Part shown: one piece after another, positions 36,742 to 44,357 of the stretch
Position numbering within the stretch: position 1 is the stretch's first letter
Layout of the letters: every line of letters begins with the position of its first letter
From: a virus
Lineage: Duplodnaviria; Caudoviricetes
Length of the DNA stretch: 64,000 bases
Strand: one strand, 5' to 3'
Virus record (IMG/VR): IMGVR_UViG_3300042896_000052
Coordinates: 62-64,061 of that record
Notes under the pieces: generated by a model
What the model saw: the letters and a program-made list of their open reading frames with translations, nothing else
The model's database searches: none
What the model was told of the DNA's origin: nothing
Translations under genes and position numbers: made by a program

Positions 36742-37371
36742 ATGGGAACCAAAGAAATTACAGCGGGGATGCTACAAGAGCTCGACCCCCCTCAGTTCGA
36801 GAAAGAGTACTACAAGTGGATGGAGTTTGCGCTTGATTACGAGTGGTACGACTACCTCTACACGCAGTTCAAAGCTGACTGCTTACCCAAGGGCGTGCGG
36901 GTAGATAACATTCACTTCAGCGGGTTCTATAACCAAGGTGATGGTGCTACGTTCGATGGCCAAGTTGATATACCGACGTACATGGAGTTGCAGGGACTGC
37001 ATGAAACTTACCCGGCGCTGTACCTTGCGGTAGTGGATGACGGCAGTCGGATTGGAGTTCGTACAACACATCGGGGCAACATGGAAACCTGCGACTACAA
37101 CATGTATGCCAACCAGACTGCGCCGTCCGGTGTGTTCGAGAACCTCGACCAGCAAGCATGGGAGGAGCTTATTGATGAGCAGGAGCGAGAGGCTGACCTT
37201 GAAGACAACACGCTCAAATTTTGTCAAGAACTTGCGGATGAGTTATACAAGGATTTAGCGGCTGAGTACGAGCACCTTACCAGCGAAGAATCGTTCATTG
37301 AAAGTTGCAATTGCAACGAAGTTTTATTTGATATTGAAATTGAAGGAGAAGAAGATGAAATTTATAGTTGA
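36742..37371 (+). CDS. Acidic hypothetical protein
   Basis: FSGFYNQGDGATF and LAAEYEHLTSEE motifs. Confidence 0.75.
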   Translation: MGTKEITAGMLQELDPPQFEKEYYKWMEFALDYEWYDYLYTQFKADCLPKGVRVDNIHFSGFYNQGDGATFDGQVDIPTYMELQGLHETYPALYLAVVDDGSRIGVRTTHRGNMETCDYNMYANQTAPSGVFENLDQQAWEELIDEQEREADLEDNTLKFCQELADELYKDLAAEYEHLTSEESFIESCNCNEVLFDIEIEGEEDEIYS

Positions 37372-37612
37372 GCTCAACAGCACGAAAATCCTCATGGATG
37401 CAGATCAGATTGAAATCCTGACTAACCTACTGCATGGGACCGAACAGATCACGAACAAGTACATAGGCTCCACGAGCACTACCAAGTCCAACTACCTCAA
37501 GATTATTGACTTGTTCAGTGTTCAAGATACCTTGAAGGTCGGCGCTATGCCCGACGAGGAGTATGACGCTATGGTACTCATCACCAAGTTGCACAATGAA
37601 AGCAACGCGTAA
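37355..37612 (+). CDS. Hypothetical protein
   Basis: Likely ATG 37355 after AGGAG. Confidence 0.65.
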   Translation: MKFIVELNSTKILMDADQIEILTNLLHGTEQITNKYIGSTSTTKSNYLKIIDLFSVQDTLKVGAMPDEEYDAMVLITKLHNESNA

Positions 37613-37659
37613 GTTTCACCCCGTATCATCTAACCATTAGATCAACCAAGAGAATAATC

Positions 37660-38550
37660 ATGACAACAAATACAACCGCTGGCGTAGCCCGTTCAGCCAT
37701 GCTCGTAGACCTCGCCATCTCCACATACAGTGGGCGTAAGCAAGACCGCAAGACACAAGAGGAAGTGACCACTGCCAAGGGCTCAGGCTCTAAGCGTGCC
37801 GCCTCCGTATACAAGTCGCTGTTCGCTGACTGCAAGGAACTGGACGCCATCACCAAGTACCAAGCACAGGCCCGTGCCATGCACTACCGCCTCACACTGC
37901 CGTGGTCAGACAACGGCCAGCGCCTGCTGCCCACCAAGGCATTGCTTGAGTACCAAGACACAATGGGCAAGTGCAAGACTGAGTTTGCATCCCTCGTTGA
38001 TAAGTTCTTGGTCAAGTACGACACGCTCGTTGCCGCCGCTGCGTTCCAGTTGGGCACGCTGTTTGATCGCAGTGAGTACCCACCGAGTGAGCAGGTCGGC
38101 CGCAAGTTCTCCATGTTCTCGTCGTTCACACCCCTGCCTACGTCAGGTGACTTCCGCTTGGACATTGAGAGCAGCGTGCAGCAAGAGTTAGTTGCTCAGT
38201 ACGAGGCCCGGGCCGCTGCGCAGTTGGCACAGGCTAACCAAGAGTCATGGACTCGACTGCATACCGCACTGGCCAAGATTAGCGACCGCCTCAAGGTAGA
38301 CGAGGACGGCAAGAAGAACGTGTTCCACGATACGTTGGTATCCAACGCCGTTGAGTTGTGCGACTTGCTGACCGTCATGAACGTGACTGGTGACAAAGAC
38401 TTGGAGCGTGCACGCCGCCGCCTACAGGACGCACTCGAAGGTGTGACACCCAAGGAACTGCGCGACGAAGACAGCACCCGCATCTTCACCAAGCAGAAGG
38501 TAGACGCCATCCTCGACGCGTTCGACTGGGGTGTGGGTAATGTGGCGTAG
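37660..38550 (+). CDS. Helical phage protein (DUF3150-like)
   Basis: TLPWSDNGQRLLP, FLVKYD, EYP...KFS, PLP.SGDFR. Confidence 0.7.
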   Translation: MTTNTTAGVARSAMLVDLAISTYSGRKQDRKTQEEVTTAKGSGSKRAASVYKSLFADCKELDAITKYQAQARAMHYRLTLPWSDNGQRLLPTKALLEYQDTMGKCKTEFASLVDKFLVKYDTLVAAAAFQLGTLFDRSEYPPSEQVGRKFSMFSSFTPLPTSGDFRLDIESSVQQELVAQYEARAAAQLAQANQESWTRLHTALAKISDRLKVDEDGKKNVFHDTLVSNAVELCDLLTVMNVTGDKDLERARRRLQDALEGVTPKELRDEDSTRIFTKQKVDAILDAFDWGVGNVA

Positions 38551-38591
38551 TCAGTGGGGATTGGAAGATGCAATACGACAGGTAAAACAAA

Positions 38592-38876
38592 ATGACTGAT
38601 ACCAACCGATACGAGTACCGCTACGAAGAACGTAACGGTATGTACTCAACCCGTGCATGGAACAACGGCCGGGAGATAAGCGAACGGAAGCCAACCTTCC
38701 AACGCCCCCAGTGGCTTACCGAAATTATTAATCTTGCGGTGGTGGGGGGACATGCAAAGAAAGTACCGAACCCCCCGCCCGAGTTGATCGTATGGTTCCG
38801 CGTAACCGAACACCGTGAACTCATTGAGTTCATTGACTTCAACAACACACTAGAAGGAAACACAGATGATGTATGA
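38592..38876 (+). CDS. Hypothetical protein
   Basis: In-operon ORF. Confidence 0.6.
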   Translation: MTDTNRYEYRYEERNGMYSTRAWNNGREISERKPTFQRPQWLTEIINLAVVGGHAKKVPNPPPELIVWFRVTEHRELIEFIDFNNTLEGNTDDV

Positions 38877-39354
38877 CAACATGACCGATGCAGAATTAAT
38901 CCAACTGGCCGACAAGCACTACGGTAACTCCCTCATCGTAGCCCTAGCCGAAAGGCTTGATATGCGACAGCAACCGCAGTCGGTGTTCCATGACCAAGCG
39001 CACTTCATGCGTGCATGTGGGCAGACGACTACCACGATCAACAAAGCACAGTCCGACATGTACCTTGCGCTAATCAAAGAAGAAGGTGAGGAGCTAGTCG
39101 TGGCCTTACAGGAGTGCGATGTTGTTGAGGAACTGGACGCCATCATTGACCTACTCGTTGTCATCATCGGGTACGGCTTGTCGCGTGGGTTCCCTATGGT
39201 GGAGGCATGGGACGAGGTGCTGCGCTCCAACATGGCCAAGATTGACCCACTCACGGGCACGGTACTGCGTCGTGCCGATGGCAAGATTCTCAAGCCTGTG
39301 GGGTGGACTGCCCCCGACCTCGACAGCGTGATCCATGCGCACGGCTCCATCTAA
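38866..39354 (+). CDS. MazG-like / PRA-PH NTP pyrophosphohydrolase
   Basis: LIKEEGEEL, DAIIDLLVV, EVLRSNMAK, DGKILKP.GW..P. Confidence 0.88.
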   Translation: MMYDNMTDAELIQLADKHYGNSLIVALAERLDMRQQPQSVFHDQAHFMRACGQTTTTINKAQSDMYLALIKEEGEELVVALQECDVVEELDAIIDLLVVIIGYGLSRGFPMVEAWDEVLRSNMAKIDPLTGTVLRRADGKILKPVGWTAPDLDSVIHAHGSI

Positions 39355-39389
39355 TCATTAGATACTACTATGACAACTAAGGAATCAAA

Positions 39390-39632
39390 ATGAACTTAAA
39401 TATTTTTAAACGTGTACGTGAACTCGAAGCTGCCCTTGTGGTTAGCGAATCCAATGTGCTGCAACTCTACAAAGCATTCAACAACGCGATGCTTCGTGTA
39501 ACTGCCCTTGAGAACAACACACCGAAACGCCTAAGCGAAGCTGAAGTAAAGAAGCGCCTCAAGGCCGCAGCGTACTCGCGCAACTACTACAAGAACAAGA
39601 AAGCAGCATCGGCTGCACGGGATACACCATGA
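39390..39632 (+). CDS. Coiled-coil basic hypothetical protein
   Basis: AAGGA RBS. Confidence 0.65.
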   Translation: MNLNIFKRVRELEAALVVSESNVLQLYKAFNNAMLRVTALENNTPKRLSEAEVKKRLKAAAYSRNYYKNKKAASAARDTP

Positions 39633-39871
39633 CCAAACCAAAAGACAAATCGAAGCTCAGTATTGCGGAACGCACGAAGCAAGTACTGCGTGTGAACCAA
39701 GCCGGCCCTATCCATGTGGTACCTGCTAAGGCTCCAGCAATGGCGACACCACCGCAGAATAATCTGTTCAAGCGAGACGCGTATGTAGTCGGTGACGGTG
39801 AGCGTATGCAGTCAGGTCGGCCCGGTGCCGACGACCATTTGAAAATCAAATCAAGAGGACATTCAGTATGA
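39629..39871 (+). CDS. Hypothetical protein
   Basis: C-terminal RPGADDHLKIKSR motif. Confidence 0.65.
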   Translation: MTKPKDKSKLSIAERTKQVLRVNQAGPIHVVPAKAPAMATPPQNNLFKRDAYVVGDGERMQSGRPGADDHLKIKSRGHSV

Positions 39872-39966
39872 CTACGTTATTTATTGTTATCTGCACCGCC
39901 ATAGCAATCGCCGTTATTGTAGGTTTCGTTTTGTATAAGCTGATGGAGGATGATGATGGCAACTAA
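39868..39966 (+). CDS. 32-aa single-TM peptide (not in ORF track)
   Basis: GAGGA RBS; MTTLFIVICTAIAIAVIVGFVLYKLMEDDDGN. Confidence 0.6.
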   Translation: MTTLFIVICTAIAIAVIVGFVLYKLMEDDDGN

Positions 39967-40132
39967 GCGTATCACCGTGAATGTGAGTCAGGACGTTGAT
40001 CTGATTCGTGAGACATTGGCCCAGAACACGGGTATCAAAATGTCGTACATCCAAATCTTCAACTACTTGATTCACTTCTACATCAAGCACTGCAACGAAC
40101 CACGGACCCGCTGGACGGAGTTAGAGAAATGA
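39950..40132 (+). CDS. Possible ribbon-helix-helix DNA-binding protein
   Basis: KRITVNV beta strand followed by two helices. Confidence 0.5.
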   Translation: MMMATKRITVNVSQDVDLIRETLAQNTGIKMSYIQIFNYLIHFYIKHCNEPRTRWTELEK

Positions 40133-40224
40133 CTTGGCCCTTCCCGTTGACGCTGCCCGTGAAGCAGCCGAATGCACCGCTGCCAAAGTTCAACCCCAAC
40201 AACCATGAGGACGCACCGCTATGA
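40129..40224 (+). CDS. 31-aa Pro-rich peptide (not in ORF track)
   Basis: ATGA overlaps at both ends; MTWPFP...HEDAPL. Confidence 0.55.
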   Translation: MTWPFPLTLPVKQPNAPLPKFNPNNHEDAPL

Positions 40225-40739
40225 ACAACCGCATACAGGACCTTGCTGCGCAGGCTGGATTTACAGTAGCACGAGGTCTCGGTCTAAAAGACACCGTGCC
40301 CAAAGATGTGTTTATCGCCAATACCTGCGTAAGCAATGAGGTAAAAAAGTTCGCTGGGTTAATCATTGCAGAGTGTGCCAAGCTGTGTGAGCCCGCAGCG
40401 CAACCAGAGCGTCCACAGAATTGCGGCTCAGGATTTTGTTCTTGCATTGAGTGCGTGATGGAGCCAGAGCAGAAGCCGGAGCCTGTTGGTCAGTTGCAAG
40501 AAGAAGCATACGGTCGTGGTCAAGTCTTGTGGTTTAAAAACTTGGCAGACCGATCACTGCTTTACGCATCACCCCCTAAGCGTGAGTGGGTTGAGCTTAG
40601 TAAAAAGCAGATAAAAAAATTAGGGGACACGCCAACCTTGTATTCAGATTACGAAGCTGGAAGGTCGTCGTTTGAGTATTTATGCCCCTACAAATTTGCT
40701 CACGCTATTGACGCCAAATTAAAGGAGTTGAACGCATGA
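40221..40739 (+). CDS. Mosaic accessory protein (QPE / REWVxL motifs)
   Basis: Cys cluster CGSGFCSCIEC; ends DAKLKELNA. Confidence 0.7.
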   Translation: MNNRIQDLAAQAGFTVARGLGLKDTVPKDVFIANTCVSNEVKKFAGLIIAECAKLCEPAAQPERPQNCGSGFCSCIECVMEPEQKPEPVGQLQEEAYGRGQVLWFKNLADRSLLYASPPKREWVELSKKQIKKLGDTPTLYSDYEAGRSSFEYLCPYKFAHAIDAKLKELNA

Positions 40740-40933
40740 GAGCCCCAATTAAAGATGAAATGCTGCTTGCAGTTATGTGGGAACGCTTCCCAGAAATTAT
40801 GTCTCGCAAACCTCAACGTACGTGGGTGGGGCTGACACACGAAAAAGCGAGGGAACTTGTGGGGTCATACGGTAATGACCCATACAACTTGGCTTATAAA
40901 ACTGAAGAAGCATTACGGGAGAAGAACACATGA
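40736..40933 (+). CDS. Accessory protein (WVGLT family)
   Basis: RTWVGLT...EEALREKNT. Confidence 0.65.
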   Translation: MRAPIKDEMLLAVMWERFPEIMSRKPQRTWVGLTHEKARELVGSYGNDPYNLAYKTEEALREKNT

Positions 40934-41202
40934 GCAAGCCGTGTGAATACTGTGGATATGATTTGCCAGTAGGTGTTGACAAGAAAACTAGGCAAGTCAG
41001 GTCACACCATTTTGATATTTGTACTGCTAGACCGAAGAAAGATGGCTATGAAGCTGGCAAGCGCGAGTGGGTGGGGCTGAATGACGAGCAAGTTATTAAA
41101 CTTCGACTTGAAACACCCACCCCTGCGACTCAATGGGGTAACACCCTTTCAATAGCAAAAGCGTTATCTGGCAAACTGAAGGAACTCAATCATGAAGTGT
41201 GA
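40930..41202 (+). CDS. Accessory protein with CxxC (WVGL family)
   Basis: CEYC; KREWVGLNDE...KLKELNH. Confidence 0.65.
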   Translation: MSKPCEYCGYDLPVGVDKKTRQVRSHHFDICTARPKKDGYEAGKREWVGLNDEQVIKLRLETPTPATQWGNTLSIAKALSGKLKELNHEV

Positions 41203-42226
41203 TAAATGCGGTTACGACGATAAAGGTACTGGTGATTTTTCGCACTATTGCGGCACAGTTAATTTAAAACTACTAGCGCAACCAGAGCAACCGTCTCAAT
41301 TTGGCTCATCAGAGATGCAGGAATTAATCCTTGCAAAACTTGTGGCGCAACCAAAGCAACCAGAGCAAGACGTTGACTACTGGATCAAGCAGCATACGGA
41401 AGCACGTCAAGCTGAGTTGTCTACAAGGCGCGAGTTGGAGGCTTTGAAGGTGCAACCAGAGCAAGCGCCTGTGGATCTCCGCACTGCATTGGCTAAAGCA
41501 CTGACCAGTGTTTATGTGTGTGGGCGAGTATGGGACGCGTGGAGCGTTGGTACGATGACTGAAGATGATTTCCAACCTGCGTCTGAGTGTGAAGAAGTTT
41601 TGGATTCGCTTATTGAAGCGGTAAGTATTGCCGCCTCACCACTAGCACAACCAGAGCCATTGTTTACGAAACTCATTGCAAAACATGAGGGCTTGGCTGA
41701 TGAGTTGGCGCAACCAGAGGAAGAACCTGACTGTCAAGCTACAGGGGTGTGCGTCCGTTCGGGTTTGTATGTGGCGCAACAAGACCATATCCCTGACGCC
41801 GGGAAATTGGTCACGAAAGAGGTTTCGTTACCAGAGCAAGAGCCTGTGGCTCGTTGCTGCCTACATGATTCAGACTGTTCCGTACACAATATGCCTGCGT
41901 ATCCAGCAGGGCGGTGTGACTGCACGCAACAGTTCAAGTTCTTTTCCGTCACAGGGAAGTATGAACGCCAAGCATTTGTAAGTCTGTCTGGCGCGGAAGC
42001 ATACTGCAAAGGGTTAAACACAACTTATCCAGAGGGTAACTATATTGTCCGACCTTTGCTGGAGGAAGCCGTAGCGCAACCAGAGCAAACACAACCTACA
42101 GGCTGGGACAACGGACTATCTCAAGACTATGACAAGAAATTGGGTGCATGGTTTAGTGAAAAGCCAAATGCGAAACAAGAATTGAGAGTAAGAACCTTTG
42201 ACGACTACGGAAACAAAATAGTATGA
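41192..42226 (+). CDS. Mosaic multi-module accessory protein with AQPEQ linkers
   Basis: Repeated AQPE(Q); Cys/His modules such as HDSDCSVHN.PAYPAG.CDC. Confidence 0.7.
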   Translation: MKCDKCGYDDKGTGDFSHYCGTVNLKLLAQPEQPSQFGSSEMQELILAKLVAQPKQPEQDVDYWIKQHTEARQAELSTRRELEALKVQPEQAPVDLRTALAKALTSVYVCGRVWDAWSVGTMTEDDFQPASECEEVLDSLIEAVSIAASPLAQPEPLFTKLIAKHEGLADELAQPEEEPDCQATGVCVRSGLYVAQQDHIPDAGKLVTKEVSLPEQEPVARCCLHDSDCSVHNMPAYPAGRCDCTQQFKFFSVTGKYERQAFVSLSGAEAYCKGLNTTYPEGNYIVRPLLEEAVAQPEQTQPTGWDNGLSQDYDKKLGAWFSEKPNAKQELRVRTFDDYGNKIV

Positions 42227-42459
42227 AGATGAAACTAGAAATCCAAGATCGCAAGAGCGGCACGGGAAAGAAACTAATAGCGCCGTACATCAATGACTGG
42301 TGCGTGTGGGATATACCTGCCAAAGAGTGGACGCCTGCGGTGCAAGCTGCTGTTGCTCATGCTTATCAAATCGGTGTACAGCACACAATAACCGAGATGT
42401 ATATAAGGTTGGAAGCGCCACCATGTAATTCAAATGATATTTGGGAGAAAAGAGTATGA
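42223..42459 (+). CDS. Hypothetical protein
   Basis: ATGA coupling. Confidence 0.6.
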   Translation: MKMKLEIQDRKSGTGKKLIAPYINDWCVWDIPAKEWTPAVQAAVAHAYQIGVQHTITEMYIRLEAPPCNSNDIWEKRV

Positions 42460-42665
42460 CCGAACACAAAATCACCGCTGACGGTGCTGCCGCTGTAGCC
42501 CCTGCGTGCCACTGGATTCCCGTTGACGACAAGACACCGAGGGGTGCGAGTATGTGGCTGATAAACAAACGCGCCGGTGTCGCACAGAAGGGACACTACG
42601 ACCCGAACGATAAGTTTTTCACCCACTGGTTCCCGTTACCAACTTTCAAGAAGGACACGAAATGA
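42456..42665 (+). CDS. DUF551-like protein
   Basis: HWIPVDDKTP...THWFPLP. Confidence 0.65.
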   Translation: MTEHKITADGAAAVAPACHWIPVDDKTPRGASMWLINKRAGVAQKGHYDPNDKFFTHWFPLPTFKKDTK

Positions 42666-42874
42666 CCAACGACTTTTTGCTTGCAGAGCAAGCAGGTTTT
42701 AGGGTTGGCCCATCAAGGGATGGCCCTGACGATGTGCGGGGTGTGGGCGCGAACCTCGTTCGCTTTGCCGAACTTATCCGGGCTGATGAACGTGAGGCGT
42801 GTTGGCGCTTGGCAGAAAACTACGACGCAGGCTACGAAGCCGCAGAAGCTATCCGAGCAAGGGGTAACCCATGA
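42662..42874 (+). CDS. Accessory protein, tandem paralogue 1
   Basis: MTNDFLLAEQAG...RFAELIR..EREAC...AIRARG. Confidence 0.7.
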   Translation: MTNDFLLAEQAGFRVGPSRDGPDDVRGVGANLVRFAELIRADEREACWRLAENYDAGYEAAEAIRARGNP

Positions 42875-43086
42875 CCAACGACTTTTTGCTTGCAGAGCAA
42901 GCGGGGCTGATTGGCCCGAGTAGTCGTGTCGGTGAGTCACACGCAGCAGTCCAACGCTTTGCTGAACTTATCCGGGACGACGAGCGTAAGGCTTGCGCAA
43001 GATTGTGTATCGACATAGCAAATAATGGTCCCGATCTGTCAGTTAAATTCGCAGCACATGCCATCAGAGCAAGGGGCACCCCGTGA
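42871..43086 (+). CDS. Accessory protein, tandem paralogue 2
   Basis: First 32 nt identical to the previous gene; same C-terminal motif. Confidence 0.7.
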   Translation: MTNDFLLAEQAGLIGPSSRVGESHAAVQRFAELIRDDERKACARLCIDIANNGPDLSVKFAAHAIRARGTP

Positions 43087-43553
43087 AGATGAAAACGTAC
43101 ACCATGTTGGACTCGATGCTTGCCAGTCCCACGGAGCCAATGAACGAGAAGCAAAGGCGGCACCAGTTGACCCGGATGTGGCAGGGTCTGGCGGCACTTG
43201 AGTCGGACCCCAATCCCACGCGAGATGACTGGGCGGTATGCTCCGATGCAGTGAACCTGATGGAGACACTGATTCTGACTGGCAAGGTCGAGGACAGTGG
43301 AGACTTGCTCATGGACGCCATCACCGCACTGGCGCAAGCGGGGCAGCGCAGTTTTGCAGGTGAACCAATTCGCTTAGACGGTGCAGGTACCCAAGCAATA
43401 CGAGCGATACTAGCGGACTACGCGATGGTGCTTGAGTCCCTGCCAGCAAGGACCATGATTCACTGCCACCGCCTGACCGAGCAACGACTCCACAGTATCC
43501 TGCGGGGTCACAAGAAGCCACACGATATTGAAGTAACCAAGGAAACAACATGA
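43083..43553 (+). CDS. Hypothetical protein
   Basis: Helical in-operon ORF (DW..CSDAVNLMETL). Confidence 0.7.
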   Translation: MKMKTYTMLDSMLASPTEPMNEKQRRHQLTRMWQGLAALESDPNPTRDDWAVCSDAVNLMETLILTGKVEDSGDLLMDAITALAQAGQRSFAGEPIRLDGAGTQAIRAILADYAMVLESLPARTMIHCHRLTEQRLHSILRGHKKPHDIEVTKETT

Positions 43554-43906
43554 CACCTCCAATAGGCACCGAGTTGACGGTATGCCAAGACATAACGATG
43601 CGCCAAGCAATGGGGATTGCCAAGTACGGCACCACGGTGCGGGAAAACCCGCTTGACCTGCGGCAGTGGCTGCAACATGCCTACGAAGAATGCTTAGACC
43701 AAGCGGTGTACCTGCGCCGCGCAATTGAGGAGATCGACAATGAAACCACACGCACCAGACCTACCGAACTTCAACGCATGGAGCCTACCGAACTTAACGT
43801 CCTTCTGCACGGAAGCGTACATACGGATGCAAGAACAGGCCGAAGAGTTGGAACAGGCGAGGCTGAATATAAAAGCCGCCTTGGACATGACCCGAAAACT
43901 TATTAA
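43550..43906 (+). CDS. Small MazG-like all-alpha protein
   Basis: R...GIAKYGTT...WLQHAYEECLDQAVYL; C-terminal tail overlaps the next gene. Confidence 0.65.
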   Translation: MTPPIGTELTVCQDITMRQAMGIAKYGTTVRENPLDLRQWLQHAYEECLDQAVYLRRAIEEIDNETTRTRPTELQRMEPTELNVLLHGSVHTDARTGRRVGTGEAEYKSRLGHDPKTY

Positions 43907-43940
43907 GGAGATCAACGATGGCAACAACCCCCGAAGGTAA
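43740..43940 (+). CDS. Hypothetical coiled-coil protein
   Basis: GAGGAG RBS before ATG 43740; PNFNAWS..NL..F..EAY. Confidence 0.6.
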   Translation: MKPHAPDLPNFNAWSLPNLTSFCTEAYIRMQEQAEELEQARLNIKAALDMTRKLIKEINDGNNPRR

Positions 43941-44232
43941 AGTTAAGTCCCAAGTCCGTAAGATGCTTGATGCTGCGGATGTGTACTACTTCTCACCAGC
44001 GGCGAATGGGTACGGCAGGGTCGGCATCCCCGACATTATCTGCTGCTACCGAGGTCTGTTCATTGCCATTGAGTGCAAGGCCGGCAAGGGTAAGACTACG
44101 GCACTGCAAGACCGAGAGATCACCAACATTAGAAACCGGGGCGGGGTCGCACTGGTAATCAACGAAGACAACTATGACGACGTGACCGATGCACTTACCG
44201 CGCTGGACGGCCTCGATTGTGGAGCCTACTGA
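43918..44232 (+). CDS. VRR-NUC nuclease (Holliday junction resolvase-like)
   Basis: TPEGKVK, GIPDII, AIECKA, TALQ. Confidence 0.9.
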   Translation: MATTPEGKVKSQVRKMLDAADVYYFSPAANGYGRVGIPDIICCYRGLFIAIECKAGKGKTTALQDREITNIRNRGGVALVINEDNYDDVTDALTALDGLDCGAY

Positions 44233-44357
44233 ACTCCTACAGGGTATCCTTGAAGGCAAGGTGCCCACCCCAATAAAAGAAGACCTTCGCATAGCAGCAA
44301 AGCGACAGCGTGACCGTGAACGGTACGCAAAACAAACCCATATTGATTGGAAAAAGC

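Noticed and set aside
29139-39364. Palindrome copies as a CRISPR array
   Set aside because: Spacing is irregular (tens to thousands of bp) with whole genes between copies; no cas operon.
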